A stretch of 48,479 nucleotides of DNA. Origin: Salisapilia sapeloensis CBS 127946. Taxonomy: Eukaryota; Protista; Oomycota. A program made the translations under genes and the position numbers. The stretch's first letter is position 1. Each line of letters opens with the position of its first letter. Under the pieces are notes generated by a model. It was not told the origin of the DNA. It did no database searches and worked only from the letters and a program-made list of their open reading frames with translations. The stretch lies in NCBI GenBank assembly GCA_023334545.1, contig JAADVB010000142.1, positions 1 through 48,479 of the forward strand, read 5' to 3'. This document shows positions 44,801-48,479 of this stretch, in pieces.

Positions 44801-46167
44801 TTCCTTGATTCCTTCTCAAGTGTCGAACATGTGCTTGGGATACTGGAAAATGTCAAGAAAGACAGAAACCATGGATTGCTGCGTCTCATCAGTGTCTTGC
44901 TTGTACTCAAGCAGACTAGTGCAGAGGAAAAGAACAGGTTTATCCAACTCGCGACGAAGCACTACGATTTAGAACCAGAGAAGATGAGGTACCTGCTCAT
45001 TAGCTTTACACGTGTGTACCAAGGCTACTTTTCAATGCGTGGTCGAGCGCCTACGATGGACATCTACCGTCGTATCCAGTCCGAAATGCTTCTTCGATAC
45101 GGACCTACGGAAAGTAGCAAGCAACCTGCACGCTTTCCCCATCGCCTGTACCTTCACACGGATCCAGTGCAATGGAGCATGCACTGCACTTTACTAACGC
45201 ATGCTCTCTTCTGCAATATCCCTATCAGCGACTTTATTGATCCGAGTAAGAAGAAGCTACACAGCAACGCCTTTCATAGCATCCGGCTGTGGTTCCAACA
45301 TGTCATTGCGTACGTCATCAACGTAATTTTGGTCGAGAAGGAAGCTGATGAAAGAGCAAGAGCTATTACGTTCTTCCTACGTGCCGCCAACCATTGCCAT
45401 ATTTTGGGAAATTATGATACTCTTGCTGCCGTTTTGTATGCGTTGCAGTCAACTGCTGTCCAACGACTTCGCAAGTCGATTGACTTGTTATCAATGGACT
45501 CCAAGAAGCTTATGAATCAGCTGCAACTCTTGTCAGACAATGGATGTCGGGAGATGAACAGGACGATGCACAAAGCAGCAAACCCGAGCATGCCCTACGT
45601 CGGTCTCTATCTTCAGGTATCTTGTTTTGAATGTGTTTTAAGATGCTTTGAAACTGAAGAAGTATGTTTACAGAGTTTTGTGGGTTTGAATGAACTGCCC
45701 GTATACAGTCAGCCAGAGCTATTGAATACGAATCGACTGCGGAGGCTCGGTGAGCTCGTGATGGAAATTCTTCATCGCCAGTCAGCTTCGTTCTCCATAG
45801 AGTTTAGCGACAAGATTGATGTAAGTCGTCCTATTCAATGCTATAGATTGAATGGAAACTAAATAAGATGTTGGATCAATAGGATATGGTGCACGTCAAA
45901 CTGCCTTATGATACAGAGGAAAGCCGATATGCACGATCACTACGTCTCGAGCCACGTGAAAGTGGATCTGTTCCACTTGATGAATCAAGGTCTTCCATGG
46001 CCACACTGGACGATGATGATACAGATATCCAGAATGAACTGAGAGAGTCTATTGGCGCGGAAGGCACGTTTGGTTTCCGTCAGTGGGTTCGCATGCAGCG
46101 TGTGGTGCAGCGAAATCGATCAAGGTCGCGAGCAGGAGCAGTGCAGCCGCAGTACGAGTGGGTTTAA
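41882..46167 (+). CDS. PH-VPS9-PDZ-like-ankyrin-RasGEF multidomain protein, 3 exons
   Basis: PH: KMGWLVKQGHMWRNWKTRFFVL. VPS9: LPAHKLEVI..EDTISSIFRY. PDZ-like: DVGIQF..LIAVNDQPV. Ankyrin: CPLHIAC, TPLHVA. CDC25 GEF: GNYDTLAAVLYALQSTAVQRL, PSMPYVGLYL. Introns 45617-45673 and 45821-45882 extend it to the stop at 46167. Confidence 0.88.
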
Positions 46168-47644
46168 ATGAGTTTTAGGATATCTATTTAATATACTACG
46201 ATGGAATCGTACAACATCCCTTTTTGCGCTTACCTGAAAATGTATATGCCTCATATGAAAGGATATGAGATAGCTTTATTTTCAGTTTCAAGACCATGCT
46301 CCTTGACTAAATCATCGTCGACAACTGTCGTGATTTGATGCAAGGACAAACAACTTGTAACATGGGTACAGATCATGCTTGCAGAAGCTTTGTAAAAGTT
46401 AATTTAGACAATCTGGATGCTTATGGATAAATCATGCTTCCTGTAAGCACAAAACATAATCCTCTCTTCTTGACATATCCAAGTTTCCTCTGAGGTCTTG
46501 CTTCAACTTTACAGTACCATTTAAAACACAAAATTGAACATGGCCACCATACTCTAAAAAGTAAAAGAATGAGGGGAAACGTTGGATGCTAATAGTTTAG
46601 TTTAGGGTCTTTGTCACGAGATACAATAGTCTGCAACTTCCATCAGAGCTTGGAGGACTAAAGTCGTCTGTTGGACCAGAAACTTCAACATATCGACATC
46701 CTCTTTCATCAAGGATGCTCTGAGGAAACAGCACATGTACTTGCTCTGCAGTTCTTATCGAGCAGGAGTAGAACGGAGCTTACGTGCCAATGTATTTAGA
46801 TCTGATAATGAGTTGAAAATTGACAATGATTAGATGAAGAAACCTGTAGAACAGACATACATGTATTTCGGGCTAATTCTAGGTGTTAATATCTAGCGAT
46901 GACGATAATGAATACACTGATCCACCATATAAACCACTGGAAGCCACTTTTTGAATTAGTTTCACGTAAGTACACTACAACGTGGATGGATAGAATAGCG
47001 GGATCAATCGATGCATGATTGCTCGTAGTAACTTAGCGGTCTCCCTCGGTACCTTTTATGCACGGATACAAGATATGCAGTCTTAGGTGAATCAACACGA
47101 ATGAAAGGCAGAACTAAGTGAAGTAATCCAACGAGAGGAGCTCTGCAAAACCACTTGTCAAAGAGCTTATATGGATTCTAGCATAAGCAGCCACATGCGT
47201 ACCTCCTTTTGAGGTCTTTCAAGAAAACATGCGCCGGACAAGAATCTGATAATAAAGATGCTCTTCTCAACCAGCGACTATATCAATTTTAACTGCTGAG
47301 CTGAAGAACAAAAGGTGTGGGTACTTATAACAATTTTTGGTCTTTCATGCTCTAATTTCAAGCAAGTGCATTCAGTAATTTCCAATATACTCACATTGTG
47401 CATTTGAATAACGTAGTTGTCACGAACGAGGACAGTACCCAGTAACCTGTCATCGCCGTGCTATTCCGGACAAACAACTGTGCTGTCTGCTGCATAGATT
47501 TCGAAGTAGTGCCTTAAGACTAAAGTGGGTTAATTACCACCCTATCGACTGATTAAAGGTCAACAAGGTGTTGTGTGTTCTCGGAAATCAAATGGAGATC
47601 GTGCGAGTTTGGATACCATTCTCCTCTGTCAATCCGCTTGCTTT

Positions 47645-47657
47645 CCATTTTTCAATT
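47645..47657 (+). promoter_or_regulatory. Oomycete core promoter initiator + flanking promoter region (INR-FPR) candidate
   Basis: CCATTTTTCAATT matches the Phytophthora consensus YCATTYYNCAWTT and lies about 45 nt upstream of the AA17 ATG. Confidence 0.5.
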
Positions 47658-47698
47658 CACTCCTGCGCTGACATCTCGAAAATCCGAAAGATACTATT

Positions 47699-48479
47699 AT
47701 GAAAGTTATCACTGTGATCGCGGCTTCAGCCTTTACGGTGCACCAAGTCAGCGCACACGGATACCTTTCTCAGCCAAAGGCTGAGTTCTTGCCTAACTGG
47801 ATGTACACGGACATGGTTGGTGAAATCAATGAAAACTCGGACCCAGATGCCTTTGGTGGTCTCCAGTGGAACCGTAGCCCTGACCAGAACGCTGAAGTGT
47901 TCATTCAGGCCTTCCCCAACTCCAAGTACGGCACGCTCAAGGAGTTGATGGACGCGAACTACCAAGGCTGTGGTCCTTCAAACCCGGACAACAGCCCAGT
48001 CGATGTCAGTGGCATAAACTCCATGACATGGCAGAACAACGAGTACAAGGAAGGTTTCCTTAACTCTCATACCGGCCCGTGTGAAGCGTGGATTGACGAC
48101 CAAATGGTCGCGCAGGACATGAACTGTGCGAGAACGTACACGGGTTATCCTGCCGAGATCCCGATCGACTACTCAGCTTGCTCTGGTACATGCGAGTTCA
48201 AGTTCTACTGGCTCGCTCTCCATTCGCCCCAGTGGCAAATGTACAAGAATTGTGTAAAGATTCAAAATGGAGCCGGCGGTGGCAATGCCGTGGCGGATGA
48301 AGCAGATGCTACTGGTAACGGGGTTGAAGCTGCTACTGGTAATGGAGGTGCTTCAGCTGCCGATACCGGTGCTTCTGCCGCTACAGGCAATGGAGGTGAA
48401 GCTGCTACTGGGAACGGTGACGCCGCTGCAGGTGCTGGAGGAGCTGATGCTGGTACTGGGGGAGCTGATGCTGGTACTG
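47699..48479 (+). CDS. Secreted AA17 lytic polysaccharide monooxygenase, 3'-partial
   Basis: Open frame to the window end, absent from the track. Signal peptide MKVITVIAASAFTVHQVSA, mature N-terminal HGYLSQP, then NSHTGPCEAWID, CARTYTGYPAEIPIDYSACSGTCEFKFYWLALHSPQWQMYKNCV and a Gly/Ala/Thr-rich tail. Confidence 0.88.
   Translation, partial: MKVITVIAASAFTVHQVSAHGYLSQPKAEFLPNWMYTDMVGEINENSDPDAFGGLQWNRSPDQNAEVFIQAFPNSKYGTLKELMDANYQGCGPSNPDNSPVDVSGINSMTWQNNEYKEGFLNSHTGPCEAWIDDQMVAQDMNCARTYTGYPAEIPIDYSACSGTCEFKFYWLALHSPQWQMYKNCVKIQNGAGGGNAVADEADATGNGVEAATGNGGASAADTGASAATGNGGEAATGNGDAAAGAGGADAGTGGADAGT
48270..48479 (+). repeat. Coding low-complexity repeat (AATGNG / GADAGT units) in the AA17 tail
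   Basis: Recurring GCT(A/G)C(T/A)GG(T/C/G)AA(C/T)GG, and GGAGCTGATGCTGGTACT twice at the window end. Confidence 0.8.

Noticed and set aside
22590-46167. A RasGAP and a RasGEF about 17 kb apart, considered as a functional cluster
   Set aside because: Eight unrelated genes lie between them, and such signalling genes are numerous in oomycetes.
46200-47640. AT-rich gap with CNFH (46632) and DFE (about 47500) fragments resembling a MULE transposase, plus one TTTAGGG
   Set aside because: The fragments are in the wrong order for a MULE transposase, sit in stop-riddled frames and have no TIRs. A single telomere-like heptamer is not an array.
1-48479. Search for CRISPR arrays, operons, rRNA/tRNA genes and stop-codon readthrough
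   Set aside because: The sequence is eukaryotic. The apparent in-frame stops I checked in conserved genes are explained by GT-AG introns, and no spacer-repeat array or tRNA cloverleaf was seen.

Overview
Eukaryotic, gene-dense, intron-containing window, almost certainly oomycete: it has an AA17 LPMO, GT-AG introns mostly 49-64 nt long, and a Phytophthora-type core promoter motif. I can support 21 protein-coding genes. In order: ARPC3, COPE, LEO1, a DEDDh RNA exonuclease, a multi-pass membrane protein, a putatively dual-acylated protein, threonine aldolase, two head-to-head IQ-motif genes, a coiled-coil protein, a PH-RasGAP, a SERBP1/HABP4-family protein, a MORN protein, a PTGR3-like reductase, a FoP-duplication protein, an ankyrin + 2OG-Fe(II) oxygenase, an ankyrin-TRP-like channel, DDX11, an INTS11-like beta-CASP protein with its metal ligands lost, a PH-VPS9-PDZ-ANK-RasGEF protein, and an AA17 LPMO that runs off the right edge and is missing from the ORF track. 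No rRNA, tRNA, CRISPR array or intact transposon was recognised. The best leads are the catalytically degenerate INTS11-like protein, the AA17 LPMO, the dual Rab5/Ras GEF architecture, a nested 28-bp inverted repeat in an AT-rich gap, the IQ gene pair sharing a homologous module, and near-perfect strand alternation (18 of 20 neighbouring gene pairs switch strand). All gene models and family calls were made by eye, with no database searches, so exon boundaries are predictions.
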